64,000 nucleotides of DNA from Eukaryota sp. TZLM1-RC (GCA_040285825.1 JAUPSS010000003.1:868001-932000); one strand, 5' to 3'; positions 49,513 to 61,832 are shown, numbered from the stretch's first letter. Notes: generated by a model from the letters alone, not told the origin. Made by a program: numbers and translations.

Positions 49513-51992
49513 ATGTCAGCATCACAATCAACAGTCAATGTAGCTGTCCGTATACGTCCTCCTTTTTCTGATGAAACTTCCCAATCAGGTTATCAGCGTG
49601 TTCTTTCAGCTTTTGGTACCAGACCTTCAGATCACTTTTCTTCAGTTTCTATCAATCTCAGTTCCTATGAACAACGTGAGTTTTCCTATGACTATGTATT
49701 TGCCCCGTCCACCACTCAACATGATGTCTATTCCACTGTCGCAGATCCTGTTCTTGAAGGAATTTTTCAGGGAATTAATGGAGCTATCCTTACATACGGA
49801 CAAACTGGTACAGGAAAGGTATCTTATTCTTACCCCAATCTTAACCCTAGACTTACACATTAGGTATTCTTGACGATCTACGTACCACACCCCTGGAGGA
49901 TGCTGGTATTATCCCCAGAGCTCTACACAAGCTTTATGGAGAGATTGAAGAGGGCAGGAGGTCAAGGAGGATAAGCAAATACTCAATCAGACTGTCTTTT
50001 CTCCAAGTTTATCTAGATACAATTCAGGATCTCCACAAACCAGATTCTCAACTAAATATTAGGGAGCACCCAAGAAAGGGTCTTTATGTGGAAAATCTGA
50101 CAGAAGTTGAATGTCCAAATCTCGAGGATGCAGTTCATTTTGTCAATCAAGGGCTATCCAACAGAATTGTGGCTCCAACCTTGCTTAATTACACTTCAAG
50201 TAGGGCACATACAATACTTTCTGCAAATATAAGGCTGTTGGAAGTTAAAGATAATGTCCCTTTTAAGAAAAGTTCAAAATTAGTGTTTATTGACCTTGCT
50301 GGGTCAGAAAGGGTTAAGAAAAGTCTCAAGAGTAACGATTCTGGTTATAAAACTAGATTTCAGGAATCAAGAGCAATCAACACGTCACTTTCCGCTCTTG
50401 GAAATGTGATTAGTATACTTTCCAATCAATCAAGCCAATCTGATCACGTCACCACAGGTCACATTCCTTATAGAGATTCCCGTCTAACTCGTCTGCTACA
50501 GCCAGTCCTTTCTGGTTCTTGTAGAGTTTCAATGATTTGTACTGTCAGTGAAAACAAATGGAGTTGTAATGAATCTCTTTCCACATTAATGTTTGCCCAG
50601 AGGTGTGCTGGTATTCGAATTAAACCGGAAGTTAATGTCGAGATTGATAGTTCTGACCCTGACGTTGTGATTAAGCAGCTAAAAATGCAGATTTCTAAGC
50701 TAAAGAATGAATTGGATGGGTTAAAGCAAGAAAGGAAACAGGTCAAAATGGACGATAAAGTCAAGGAAAGTCTTGCTGATGATAAAGGAAATGACGTTTC
50801 CCCTCACGATACTAAATCTTTAATTAAAATTTATCATTCCTTAATTGATAGTTTACAAGATATTTCAACAAAAGCGGAATTAAGGAAAGAACTAGAAGAA
50901 AGGTCATTATTAGAGGACTTGGAGTCTGAAGTCAAGAGAGGTCAAGAAATTGATGGGTTACGTCAACATGATGAACGATTGATTGATGATGATTCTGTTG
51001 AGATTAGAAGAGATGTCACTTCGTTGATCAAGCAAAGGTTTCCATTTCCAGAACCGATTCTCAATCAGTCAAACAGTCAACATCAATCAAATATTCTGTC
51101 AGTCATTTTTGATTTGATTTCCTGTCTTTCTGTTTACACTTCCGCTGCCGAGGATACCTGTATTCAATTGCGGAATGAAGTGTCCTCTCTTTTGAAAAAT
51201 AAGCATGATTATGAAGAGGAAAAACGAAGTTGGAATAAGATTCTAAGGACTTTGCTGTTAAAGAATGGCGAATTGAAGAGTCAAATTCATAGACAATGTA
51301 CAATAATCGAGAAAACTAGTTCCGAAAATTATCTCCTTAGGCAATCAGTTGGTGATTCAAGAGTTTCTACCCCCCGATATAGGCAACCAGCCAATCAAAC
51401 AAATGGGTTGATCGATCCAATACAGTTGCCCAGAATAGTTAATGGGATTATAAAAATACAACGATTATGGCGAATTCGACAGGCAATCAAACGTGAGGTT
51501 GCCGCCAACCCAGTCAGCAACAGAGGAATTCGCGGTAGGATACGATCGAATACATTAACCTCTACTATTTCTGATAATTCAAATGTCTTTGCCAAAACCA
51601 AACCAATGTCCCAATCAGGTCCTTTGCATCGTTTGACTCAAGAAGTGTTTAATGTCTTCCAGTTTACTTTAGATTTTCTTATTCCAACTAATCACAAGAA
51701 AAGATCAAAGTCTACCGGTTCTTCGGAATCTAGCATTGATTCGGAACTTAAAACCAGACTGTCAAGCGTGTCTACCTGGACTGATACCTCCTCTGTCTCA
51801 TCTGTCAGTTCTTCCAGGGCTCCACTTTCCCTTCCACCAAAACCTTTAAGTACACCAGTGCAGAGGCTGAGTCTTGACTTGAATGTTCCACCTCGAAGAG
51901 TTGGCAGTATTAAACCTAAACCTAATGAAATTTATATCGATGATGAACCCAGCAGTTCTGATGATGAATTTGAGCAGTTACAGCTGAGTTAA
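49513..51992 (+). CDS. Kinesin motor protein with coiled-coil tail; exons 49513..49818 and 49851..51992
   Basis: Removing the 32-nt intron GTATCTTATTCTTACCCCAATCTTAACCCTAG restores GQTGTGK|TYTLG..GIIPRA, in frame with ORF 50088..51992 (SSRAH, DLAGSE, HIPYRDSRLT). Confidence 0.92.
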
Positions 51993-52825
51993 TCAATTAT
52001 CTTCTCAATCAAATTGTTTTTTGATTGGTGTATTTTTTTATTTTTTGAAATTATTACCTGGATTTCATCTTAAAAATGAAACTTCTTTGATTTAATTTTT
52101 TTTAACTTGTATATAATTTAATAATTTTTTCCTGAAGCAATTTCATTTGTGGCCTTCCATTTTGCATTCAACAAAGGCTCTTTTTTATCGTGTGAATAAA
52201 GTTTTACCCAGCGTAACGTTAGTCCTGCCAAATTCCAACCGTTTCTCACTTTTCTCTTCTCTGCCGAATCAATCAATAAATAAGTTTAAATCAATAAGTT
52301 TATTTAAATAAGTTTTATTAATAAAAAGAACAATTTTTCCTGTCAACAATCAACGTGAAATACTGAGCTTGTAACAATTTTAAACCACCGTCCATGGCGT
52401 GCTTCTATCATTCTACTCATTCTGACAACCATTATACGGGATTCTCTAGTAGAAAAAATGCGGTAGGAGCATTTAAGAGCAACCAAATAATTTAAATTTG
52501 ACAATAACAATTCAGGACTCTGTTATTTCGTACTTTTTAATGTATGTCTACTATTTAAATATTGTTCCATCGGAGAAGTTGACTCAAAAATCAAAACTGT
52601 ATTTCTTCTTTTTTCATCTGACTTTTTTGAGATAAAGAATTATGCTGGGCCTCACTTCAGTTACAACCAAAGGAAAATGATAAACTAAGACTTTTACTGG
52701 GTTTACATAAACTTGAAATCAATTCCACATTACATAAATTTAGCCTGTGACATAACTGTGCACTTTACTTCAAAATATAATGAAATCCTTGCATTTCAAA
52801 AACTGATTAAACAAGTGATTATATT

Positions 52826-53391
52826 GTATGTGTAAGTCTCATAGAATTGAATCCTTTTTGGAACCTCTGTTGTCGAATCTGTTTGATGCTGAAGATGATT
52901 TTCATAAGACTAATAGAGGTGATGTTATATTACCTGGATTAGATGGAAGTTTCATTTTATTGGATGTAATGTCTGTTGATCCTTGTAATGCCTCAAATGA
53001 AAGGCTAGTTAATTCTGAAATTCATAATCCCCTTTCAAATGCTGAAAATTTTAAATTCAAAAAATACAATGAACCTTTGTCCAAATTGGGCAGTCTACAG
53101 CATGCAAAATACAATTTGTATCCATTTGTATTTTCCCTTTTTGGTTCACTTGCACCAACTGCTTTACGTTTTTTGGATGATTTTGAAATGATTGTAAAGA
53201 GAAGAACTGGGAGAAATTTCAACAGATTGTTTTGGCAAAATAAAATTGTGTTTTTTATTTTTAAGGGGATGTTGAAGATGGTTTCTGTTGCTTTGCCTTC
53301 TCTTGGATCTCACTATGAGAGAGTTGCAACTAGTGTTTTTGTTTTTGGAGAGATGGATTATTTAGATGTTGATTTATAGGTTTTTAATAAA
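52826..53391 (+). mobile_element. RLE non-LTR 3' fragment, family R2
   Basis: ORF 52828..53379 with EPLL..RGDV..LLDV..KKY; AATAAA follows the stop. Confidence 0.8.
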
Positions 53392-53399
53392 GAAGTATT

Positions 53400-53740
53400 G
53401 AAGAAAAAAGATTAAACAAGAAAAGTTTTCCACATTGGCATTTTAAATGATTAGGTAAATTGTTTGCCCACAAAAAACAACGAAAACGCATGATCAAAAG
53501 CCATTTATTGTCTTTTAGAAGTAGTCCATAAACAGAGAGAATTTGAGTTACTAAAGCTGCAGCAAAACTAGGACGAATGTCTTTTAAAAAAGTTCCAAAA
53601 GCGAAATAGTTAGTTTTGGCCAAGCCAAGTCTCACTTCATAATCCACGCTTTCATACAATTTGACAAGATGGTGCTGCAGCTTTTTTAAACAGAAACGCA
53701 TATGAGGGAGTGGTCCATTTGAAATCGATAATTTGCAATT
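53400..53740 (-). mobile_element. RLE non-LTR fragment (pre-zinc-knuckle region)
   Basis: MRFRCFLWANNLPNHLKCQCGK, homologous to 982..1112. Confidence 0.6.
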
Positions 53741-54024
53741 TCACTAGTCCACTAGTGCACTAGTGAATAAGCTTCTTAAAGCATATCTGGAACATAAGAT
53801 TCGAGTGAGTTGAATCGTAGAGAGTGAACAAACGATACCAAAGGTGTAAGGGTGTATATTGACAACTGATGATAATACAAGTGAAGACAGTAGTTGGTAT
53901 ATCACGATGTATTCGTAGCCAAGTAGCAAGTTTTGGAAGTGAAAATAATTTGTATGGAGGAAAGATGAGTAGAAAGAGTGTGAAGAGGGCGAAGTAGAGA
54001 GACAAGGTAATAATAAGTATTCAG

Positions 54025-55967
54025 ATGTCTAGTTTCAAGACAAGAAGTGCCGCTAAAGGGGGTGACACAGCAAAAGTTGTTGGCACAGCTTGGGATGGAC
54101 GATCTGCAATAGACTCGAGTTTAGACTCAAGAATAGACTCAAGAATAGTCTGAACCTTCCGTTTTCAGTATGGACTATGCAGTCATGGACACGTGCCTGC
54201 TCCCTTCATCAGTTCTTTGAGCGGCCAGTGTGTGATTATATTGATGGACAGCTGACCAGAGTTTTTGCTGTGTGCTTCCCTGAAGACAGTCACTTCCTGA
54301 CTCAGCATCAATTCTGGATCCAGTGTCTTGACTTTGTGGCAATTTCCAAACCAAAAGTCAGACATCCATTCAACAGACTTAGCAAAGGCCATGTGTATGA
54401 GAAGCTCGAGCGAATCTCTACATTATGGCCGTTTGCTGTCCTGTTCTTGTCAAGAACAGGTCGTAATCATGCACTACCCCTAGTAGGCCTCTACAACAAC
54501 TAGTGGATGCAAAGTGCCGCCAGCTGCAAGGCAACTACCATCAGCTTCTTACTGATGGACTTGTGTCGTGGAAGCTTAACTTATTCCGCTCGTATGCAGT
54601 AGGTCATAACTGCCCTGCACCAGCCACATATACTGGCTTTGTTCTTCACAACAGGACGAACTTTCGTGAACCTCTTCTTTCTTGGTTTAACACACACCAT
54701 ATCATAGCTCTTACTCTGTTTAACTTCTTGGTTGGTGATCCTCAAAGGTACAACACTCTGCGTTCTTCTCGAAGAGTGACTTTTAATCAAGAGAACAGTA
54801 CCTACATCTTTCGTTGCGGCTTAACAATCCAAAACCACCTGGAACAAGCCTTTCCACATACCTTTAAACGACATAGACTCACTCCCATCGCTAGTTTGAA
54901 GCCTACTTTTGTCCCCTTTTCCACATGGGTTCTCAACCATTTTATCTCCAAAAACACATCACAAACAATTTTGAAAAACCCTTATTTATTGTTTAAAACA
55001 AAAGCTAATGACTACACCGTGTCTTCTAATGGTGATAGTGTCCGTATAACTTTCAAACCGCGCCCCAAAGCAACACGGGTGAGATTGGCTGGAGAAGCCT
55101 TGACTGATAAGAGATCCAGAGGGGAACTTGACTACTACGAAATCACTCGGAATAGAAAACATACCTTGCAAACCAAGGTTGAACGGCCACGACCTCGCCA
55201 GAAACCAAAAGCTACTGAGTGGCAGGCACCTGATGATGAGACGGAAATGGTGTACTGGGCCATCGACCCCAACCACTCAAATCTATGTGGTTTCGGCATT
55301 GGAACATGTTCAGGGCTGACCGTATCCAATATCTACTTGGCAGCTAAAGCAACGAAAAATCAATCACTCCGTTTCACTGACCCACTCATCAATAGATATT
55401 TATGACGTGCAGAAAATGAACCATTATCTGCTTGAAATATGAACTATCGGTGACTACAAGGATTATGAAGGTAATAACGTAAGACGATCATTGCTAAAGC
55501 AGCAATTATATCTGAGTGCTCGAAAAGCATTGAGGAGAAACACATTTGACTTCTTTATAAGAAAACAGAAAAGATTTAGCTCCATTATCAACAAAGTGAA
55601 AAACTTTGCAAACGGTCGAGAAGTAAAGGTGTGGTTTGGCAATGGAGGCGGTGGTAAATCAAGTCAAAAAGTGAAAACTCCACGTAAGGCGTTTCTCAAC
55701 TTGTTACAATGTTCATTTGCTAATGTGAAGATCGGAGATGAATATATGACATCTGCAAAGGTGAACTGCTGCAAGATGCTACACCAAAAGATCTATCGCG
55801 AAGTTGATGGTGAAGTTAAAGTTCACAACGCCTATTTCAGTTGTCCGGAATGTAATCAAGTATGGTCTAGAGACATATCTGCATCACTAAATCAGCTAGA
55901 AATTGCAATTAGTGAGCACTACTATGGAACAAGACCAGAAGCGTTCCAGAGACCACAAAGAAACTAG
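54025..55967 (+). pseudogene. Fanzor1 nuclease (Fz-2a), disrupted, about 647 codons
   Basis: WAIDPN (RuvC-I), FDFFIRKQK, VWFGNG, GDEYMTS..CC (RuvC-II), CPEC, WSRDISASLN (RuvC-III), TRPEAFQR. Confidence 0.88.
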
Positions 55968-56134
55968 CTTCAAAGCTACGTATTGTTCTAGAGGAGAAAT
56001 GGGCTCACTGAGATTGGTGGCCAATTATTCGAGGATTCTAGAACGTCTGTGGACGATCTCACCAAGAATGAAAGTTCTTGGAATAAGTTTGAATGATGCT
56101 TGACGAAAGTATGCATTTCAAATGAAAACCACAG
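55965..56134 (+). ncRNA. Putative omegaRNA scaffold (Fz-2a)
   Basis: GTTCTAGA..TCTAGAAC multibranch, CGTC-TGTG-GACG, CCAAGAAT-GAAA-GTTCTTGG, and GTTTGAA..AC-GAAA-GT..TTCAAAT. Confidence 0.7.
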
Positions 56135-56149
56135 AATCCCACTTCAGGA

Positions 56150-57277
56150 ATGACACTACCGCCCCATCTTTCCCATCTTTACATGAACATTGATAATCAA
56201 GTCTACATCCCCACAAAAATTGCACGGCTCTACGACGATCTCAGTGTACAACTTAAATTCAAGAACTTTAAAGTTATGGAGATACCGACAGCATTTCCTC
56301 CATCTGAAGTCCCACAAGTTTTATATCTTGTTCACAGTATAGAACACAGAAACATGTCCCTGTTTTTCCAGAGCCTCAATGATGTCACCATCCATCAGCA
56401 GACTGCACATCATGGTTGGTACCCTCTGCACTTTTGTGCTGAATTTGGCTTTTACACCGCTGCCAAAAAGCTATTAGATGTAGGCGCTTCCCCTTTAAGC
56501 CAGTCAGACGAAGGAGCCTTACCATTACATCTTGCAGCAAGGAGAGGAAACGTCAAAATAGTAGAATTACTGCTTCAAGCAGCCCCTTCCTCTGTCAACC
56601 ATCAAGATTCACGCGGAGAGTCTAGTCTTTTCTTACTTACCCAGCGTTGGTCAAAGGAAACAGGTCCTAGATCAGCCTTCAAATGTTTATATTATGCGGC
56701 TTGTGCTCTACTTTTACTCAAAGCCAATGCTCAGATTGATCTAAGAAACTTTAAAGATCAAATGAATGTCATTCACTTGGCCTCTCAGTCAGGTAGAAGT
56801 GATATTGTTTCTTTCTATCTCAATAGGACACCGAAGTCTGAGCTATTGAACTTAGTTAATAGTACTGATCGAGAAGGTGATACCCCCCTTATACTGAACT
56901 GTTATAAAGCCCAAAGTATCCAGCTCGCTAGACTGTTGATAAAGAAAGGAGCTGACGTGGAGGCTAGGAATGTTCGCCAACAGACTGCCCTTGATGTTAT
57001 CAGCACGTCTGCTTCGAGGAGAGCCAAACAAGTACGTTGTATTCTGGAAGCAGGCTCTTCTCTTTCATCTCTTAATGATTCTGATCAGCTATCCCCTCCT
57101 TACTCCCCCAATGTTTCCTCCCCTGAGATAAAGAGAAAGCTCTACTCGCCAATGTTTGAGTCCCCCTTCTCCTCCCCCAAACGAGATGGCCCTCCCCTCT
57201 CTCCCCTCCACTCACCACCTGTCAGTAATTGTAAGAGATCGGCTGGGCTTTTTATTTCAAAAAGAAAAGATGAATAA
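56150..57277 (+). CDS. Ankyrin-repeat protein with Ser/Pro-rich tail
   Basis: GWYPLHFCAEFG, GALPLHLAARRGNVKIVELLL, IHLASQSG, GDTPL..LLIKKGADVEARN. Alternative start at ATG 56354. Confidence 0.85.
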   Translation: MTLPPHLSHLYMNIDNQVYIPTKIARLYDDLSVQLKFKNFKVMEIPTAFPPSEVPQVLYLVHSIEHRNMSLFFQSLNDVTIHQQTAHHGWYPLHFCAEFGFYTAAKKLLDVGASPLSQSDEGALPLHLAARRGNVKIVELLLQAAPSSVNHQDSRGESSLFLLTQRWSKETGPRSAFKCLYYAACALLLLKANAQIDLRNFKDQMNVIHLASQSGRSDIVSFYLNRTPKSELLNLVNSTDREGDTPLILNCYKAQSIQLARLLIKKGADVEARNVRQQTALDVISTSASRRAKQVRCILEAGSSLSSLNDSDQLSPPYSPNVSSPEIKRKLYSPMFESPFSSPKRDGPPLSPLHSPPVSNCKRSAGLFISKRKDE

Positions 57278-57335
57278 TTATTAATAAAATGTACATTAAC
57301 CTGTAATTGTTTTTATTTACATAATTTAAATAATA

Positions 57336-57855
57336 TTAAAGTGGAACATATTTGGAAGCAATTACAAAAGTTAAAGTGTAAATAAACATAACAAAAGGAG
57401 TTCCAAACTTGTAAATCTTCCATGACCCAACCATAAGTGTTATAAAAGCGGCAACTCCAAAGAAGGTCATGACATAGATGAGTAGAGGATTCTCATCAAG
57501 AGTAAGTTGGGGTTTCATCTTGCAAATGAGAACCAAATAGATGTAAATCCACAAAAAAAGTGCTACATTGATAAGGACACATACTACTCCAATGGTAAAG
57601 AAAGGCATGTGGTTAGATATAACGATAAAGAACATACTGCAAGACAAGGCCAGACTGAACTTTCTCCCAGGTGTTGGTGAAGTAAAAGATGCAAAAAGAG
57701 ACTATTGACCACGCAAGAAATTCAAGGATGTCCTTGATTTTTTGAGTCTTACGTTTGGCACGGATTTCAAGATTATTATCAGCATCATTGACATCATCAG
57801 TATCAGCACCGGAAAGAAGGGCAGAGCTACTAGATGTTACGTGACGTCGAGACAT
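57336..57855 (-). CDS. TMEM128-like four-pass membrane protein; probable intron 57607..57637
   Basis: Two overlapping ORFs with hydrophobic helices join in frame on removal of a 31-nt GTATG..CTAACCACAT segment. Confidence 0.65.
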
Positions 57856-58156
57856 GTGTTGGTGAAGGAAAATGCAAAAAGTAATGTCACTTTCTCTGTT
57901 CGAAAAGTTTAATTCTTTCTAATGGTCAAAGTGACATGAAATACAATGAATAGATACCATATTAAATTGAAGAAGAAATCTTTGTATTCTTATGAGGGCT
58001 AAAGTTGTTGAAGGATATTCTATCGAAAAAGTGTTGGTCTTTCTAAGCTTTAACTCAATTTCACGACTTAAGGTAACATAATGAGGTAACAAAAAGTCAC
58101 CACTGAAGGAAACATAAATTTCTGTTGAAAAGTCCGTTTTCAAAGCAAAAGTCCGT

Positions 58157-58900
58157 TTGTAACAAAAATGAGATTATATTTGAATATCCGCATTACTCAA
58201 TTATTAAAAATGTACTTGTTCGAATTCACCTCAGCTCATTTTACGTCATGCTCTAAATTGTTCGAAATTGATAACTTATCGTTCTTCAATACATGATGCT
58301 GTTAGAGACACTGTTTTTAATATGGCACAACTGCAAGAATATCGTGTATCAAAGAGCCTTTGCTGAAAGAAACACTATCATTGAATAATTTTGGTTCTGA
58401 TGATAGAGGTGATGTATACTGTGATTGGATTGATAACTCTGAAGCTGTATTTGACTTTGTCTCATGTAATGTTGCAAATGACACTTTGGTTCACAGAAGA
58501 AAATTTAATCCTGTAGGTGCTCTTGAATTTAAAGCTAAAGAAAAACATAGAAAATATGACAAAGATATCGAAGAGGCTAATGCTGATAGAAATAGAGCAC
58601 TAGTTTTTATTGCTTTCCCATTTTCGATAAACGGAAGACTATCAGTAGAAGCAGAAACTTTTTTGAATGACTTCCAAAAAATGGTTCAAAAAAACAATGA
58701 AAAGATTTGATATTTTTAAATGGTGCTCTCGGATTCAATTAATTTATTATTGTCAGATTAGCTCGGCTTCTTAATCGAATTAGAGAAGCTTTAGCTAGAC
58801 AGCAAGCAGATCAAGAATTTGTAGAGGAAATCTTGGTTCATTGAATTTCGTCCCATTAGTTATGAATTAATCTTATTGAGTGTGCATGTTCAATAAATAT
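58157..58900 (+). mobile_element. R1 RLE non-LTR 3' fragment, decayed
   Basis: ORF 58360..58710 and the R1 3' UTR. Confidence 0.8.
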
Positions 58901-59586
58901 TTAGCATTTAATAAAAAAAGCAAAAGAAGAAACATCAATGATGGTAATGTTTATGTAAAATTAAGATCAAAGGAACAACTCATCATCAACATTGTCCCGT
59001 CTTCCATCAATGGAAGAAGAATTCCACTATATTTATATCTTCGAGAAGTTCAAATGCTTTTGAACAACATGCAATATCTCAACCAACAACAATGATGAAA
59101 CTCTAATTTGTCACGTATTTGGATTCAATGCACTAAATTGGACGAATTGTCTATCGTTTGATGTTATTCATCACTAGATTCAACTCTCAAAACAGAATTT
59201 ATGAGGGTCTTTGTGTTTTGGAATTCTGTGCTGTATTTGAGGCTGTAGTAGGATCTACCTACTTCAAAGCAATCTACAACAGTTCTGTTTCGACTCAATT
59301 GAGACAGCTGTTTCTGATCTTAACGTTCGGAATGATGATTACTTCATTAAATTTTGTGAACAACTAAATTAAATTATGACGAAAAGGGACAATAACATTG
59401 ATAAATTTAAATTTTCAAACTCATTGGAAGAAATTCTAAAATTTAATTGAGTCGTAAATTTGAATACATTGTGAAAATTGTTCTAGATTTTGGGCAACAG
59501 AAGAAATGTTGAGTAAAATGTTTCAACAATCACTAATCAAAAGGCATTGTTGTGGAGAACCGTAAAAGCGTTTAATTCTTATAAAA

Positions 59587-61698
59587 TTACCTCTTTCCAA
59601 GTAATTCATTCCTTTTCTTATCTCTCTTAATAAACAAATGATTCCTCCTATTCCCCGCACTGGTTAAGGACCTACTTGGAACTCTACTTCTCTGTACCCT
59701 TTGCTGGGACAATGGTCGACCTTCCACCACTTCATCTTCTTCATCTTTACTCTTCTCCGTTACCCCAGCAGAGTCATTAGCTCTCATGACGTCAGCCAAA
59801 AGTGCAAGCTCATCCTCCTTTGACACCATTTTCGTCAGCAAGGAAGGATCAAAACTTTCGAAATTTGGGTAAATCCTTGATTCGTAAGCAAACCCTTGAT
59901 TCATTAAAAACTGTTGTCGTTTCGCAGAGAAATACAGCTCCTTTGTGTCTCTGCTGACTAGTGAGTAGAAGAAGGCATTAAACTCACCAATTGTCTGTTC
60001 CTTAGGACGAAGAATTCTACCCAACCTTTGAGCTTCTTGTCTCCTTGAACCATATTGGGCGGAAACTTGAATAACAACATTGGCATCAGGTAAATCAATA
60101 GAAGTGTCTCCCACCTTTGAAATAAACAAGGTGTTTAATTCGCCTCGTTGTTTGAATTTATTAATAAAATGTGTCCTTTCAGCATGAGGGGTCGATCCAT
60201 CAATAAAAGGTCTATTAAACAATCTTGCATAAGTGTGAAGAGCATAAAGGTTATCACTAAATACAAGAATTTTATCATTCTTAGCTTCGTGGTACCTGAT
60301 CAGGAACTCACAACACCTAATTTTATTCGGATTCATGATCCAGAGTAGGCTTCTCTTATTGGCACTGGAAGGTAAGTATTGCCTGAAAAATTCACTAGTC
60401 ATTGGACACAAAACCTCACAACACTTAACATTAGCCAAGAATCCTTCACTACGAAGAAAGAGCCAATCTGCTTCATAAATCTTTGGGCCTATTAAGAAAT
60501 TCAAATCATCAATCTTCATATCTTCTCTGACCAATGTTGCCGATAAACCCAGCATACAGTGAGCCTTGACTGATCCAATTACTTTTCTGAATGACCTGGC
60601 TGGAGCAACATGGACTTCATCAAACACCAATAGCCCCCATTCAAGAGATGTTAATTGCTCAAAAGCTACTTGACTTTCTTCTTTTCTTTTCCCAGAGTAA
60701 GTCATCATTGAGTAGGTAGATAGCATGATGGGTCTGACGGGGTCACGCTTTTCTGAGGTAAAACAGCCAATCATTGATTCATCAATTGCTGCCCATTCCA
60801 AAAATTGATTTTTCCATTGTTCTAGAGAAAGATTGTTGGTGCAAAGGACAATGGTTCTCTTATCAACCTTGCACGTTGCATTAACTCCCACCAAAGTTTT
60901 ACCTGCACCACAGGGAAGAACAATAATCCCAGACCTCGCTCTTCCTGTACTGAACATCTTTGCCAATGCCTTCTCTTGGTAAGGGCGTACCATCGTAGTG
61001 GCGTTGAGTTTCATTCCGATAGACGGGAGAGTGGTATCATGTTTAAAATCATATTCCTCAATCAGAGGAAGAGAAAGTTCATGGGCACGTTCTCGAAGGA
61101 TAGAGACTGAATGGCCAAACACTTCATACCGCACCACCTCGTGCACACTTTGCATAAACTCAGAGCCTTCTTCGTCCTCATCGTTCAACAGGTGAGCTAC
61201 ACGGGCAAGGTCTTGGTCACCAAGCATGTGATTGCCGAGAGAGGGTTCATGCGACACGTCTATAGTTGTTGTAATAGGGTTGGGATTGATGCAAGCCATT
61301 ACGGCCTCATCAGTAATGAACTCGTTAATAACTTTAACGTACTTTGATTCAATAAAATATTTGTTGTGAAATAAAACCAATCTAATCTTTCCGCATCTTT
61401 CAGTTGCAGATTCGATCTTTTTGAGCACAGGGAGAGGGACCTCAGTCTTGCATAGACGATCCAGCGTGCCAATAATGTCATCGCAATCAAAACCCACTGA
61501 AACAGCTGCATAAAGAGAGTAATCGGTAATACAGTATTCATGAATGAATTCAGGACGGGATTGGGGTTCAGCGATAGCTACAAGGAAGTCTACGGCATTG
61601 GAAGCACCGGGAACAGTGGTGTCAAGAAAGATGTGTCCAGTTTCAGTAATCCAAATAGGAAGAGTTTCATGTTTGGGTTTTGAAAGAGAGATGTCCAT
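59587..61698 (-). CDS. XPB: TFIIH helicase/translocase XPB (Ssl2/Rad25)
   Basis: DFLVAIAEP, SGIIVLPCGAGKT, DEVH, LGLSATLVRED, GSRRQEAQRLGRILRPK; first ATG at 61698. Confidence 0.97.
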   Translation of the reverse strand: MDISLSKPKHETLPIWITETGHIFLDTTVPGASNAVDFLVAIAEPQSRPEFIHEYCITDYSLYAAVSVGFDCDDIIGTLDRLCKTEVPLPVLKKIESATERCGKIRLVLFHNKYFIESKYVKVINEFITDEAVMACINPNPITTTIDVSHEPSLGNHMLGDQDLARVAHLLNDEDEEGSEFMQSVHEVVRYEVFGHSVSILRERAHELSLPLIEEYDFKHDTTLPSIGMKLNATTMVRPYQEKALAKMFSTGRARSGIIVLPCGAGKTLVGVNATCKVDKRTIVLCTNNLSLEQWKNQFLEWAAIDESMIGCFTSEKRDPVRPIMLSTYSMMTYSGKRKEESQVAFEQLTSLEWGLLVFDEVHVAPARSFRKVIGSVKAHCMLGLSATLVREDMKIDDLNFLIGPKIYEADWLFLRSEGFLANVKCCEVLCPMTSEFFRQYLPSSANKRSLLWIMNPNKIRCCEFLIRYHEAKNDKILVFSDNLYALHTYARLFNRPFIDGSTPHAERTHFINKFKQRGELNTLFISKVGDTSIDLPDANVVIQVSAQYGSRRQEAQRLGRILRPKEQTIGEFNAFFYSLVSRDTKELYFSAKRQQFLMNQGFAYESRIYPNFESFDPSLLTKMVSKEDELALLADVMRANDSAGVTEKSKDEEDEVVEGRPLSQQRVQRSRVPSRSLTSAGNRRNHLFIKRDKKRNELLGKR

Positions 61699-61832
61699 TG
61701 AGATTGAGAACGGCACAGCAACCAGTGATTACCAGGTTCTGTTGTTGGGAAAATGAAGAAAGTGGACTAGTCTGTGGTTTTCATTCAGTAGATTGCAAAA
61801 TTGGTGAATTGCCATTCCCATTCCCATTGGGA

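Larger units (their letters stand above)
53754..56134 (+). mobile_element. Fanzor1 element Fz-2 copy a
   Basis: Near-identical inverted copy at 61.8-64 kb. Boundaries inferred from the 11-mer ACTAGTCCACT (53743..53753) and the end motif AATGAAAACCACAG. Confidence 0.55.

Noticed and set aside
58900-59370. Short ORFs downstream of the R1 copy
   Set aside because: No recognisable motifs; possibly a decayed element.
61761-61790. Helitron 3' end (CTAG|T) for Fz-2b
   Set aside because: No GC-rich hairpin at the expected distance. The CTAG is better explained as part of the 11-bp repeat.
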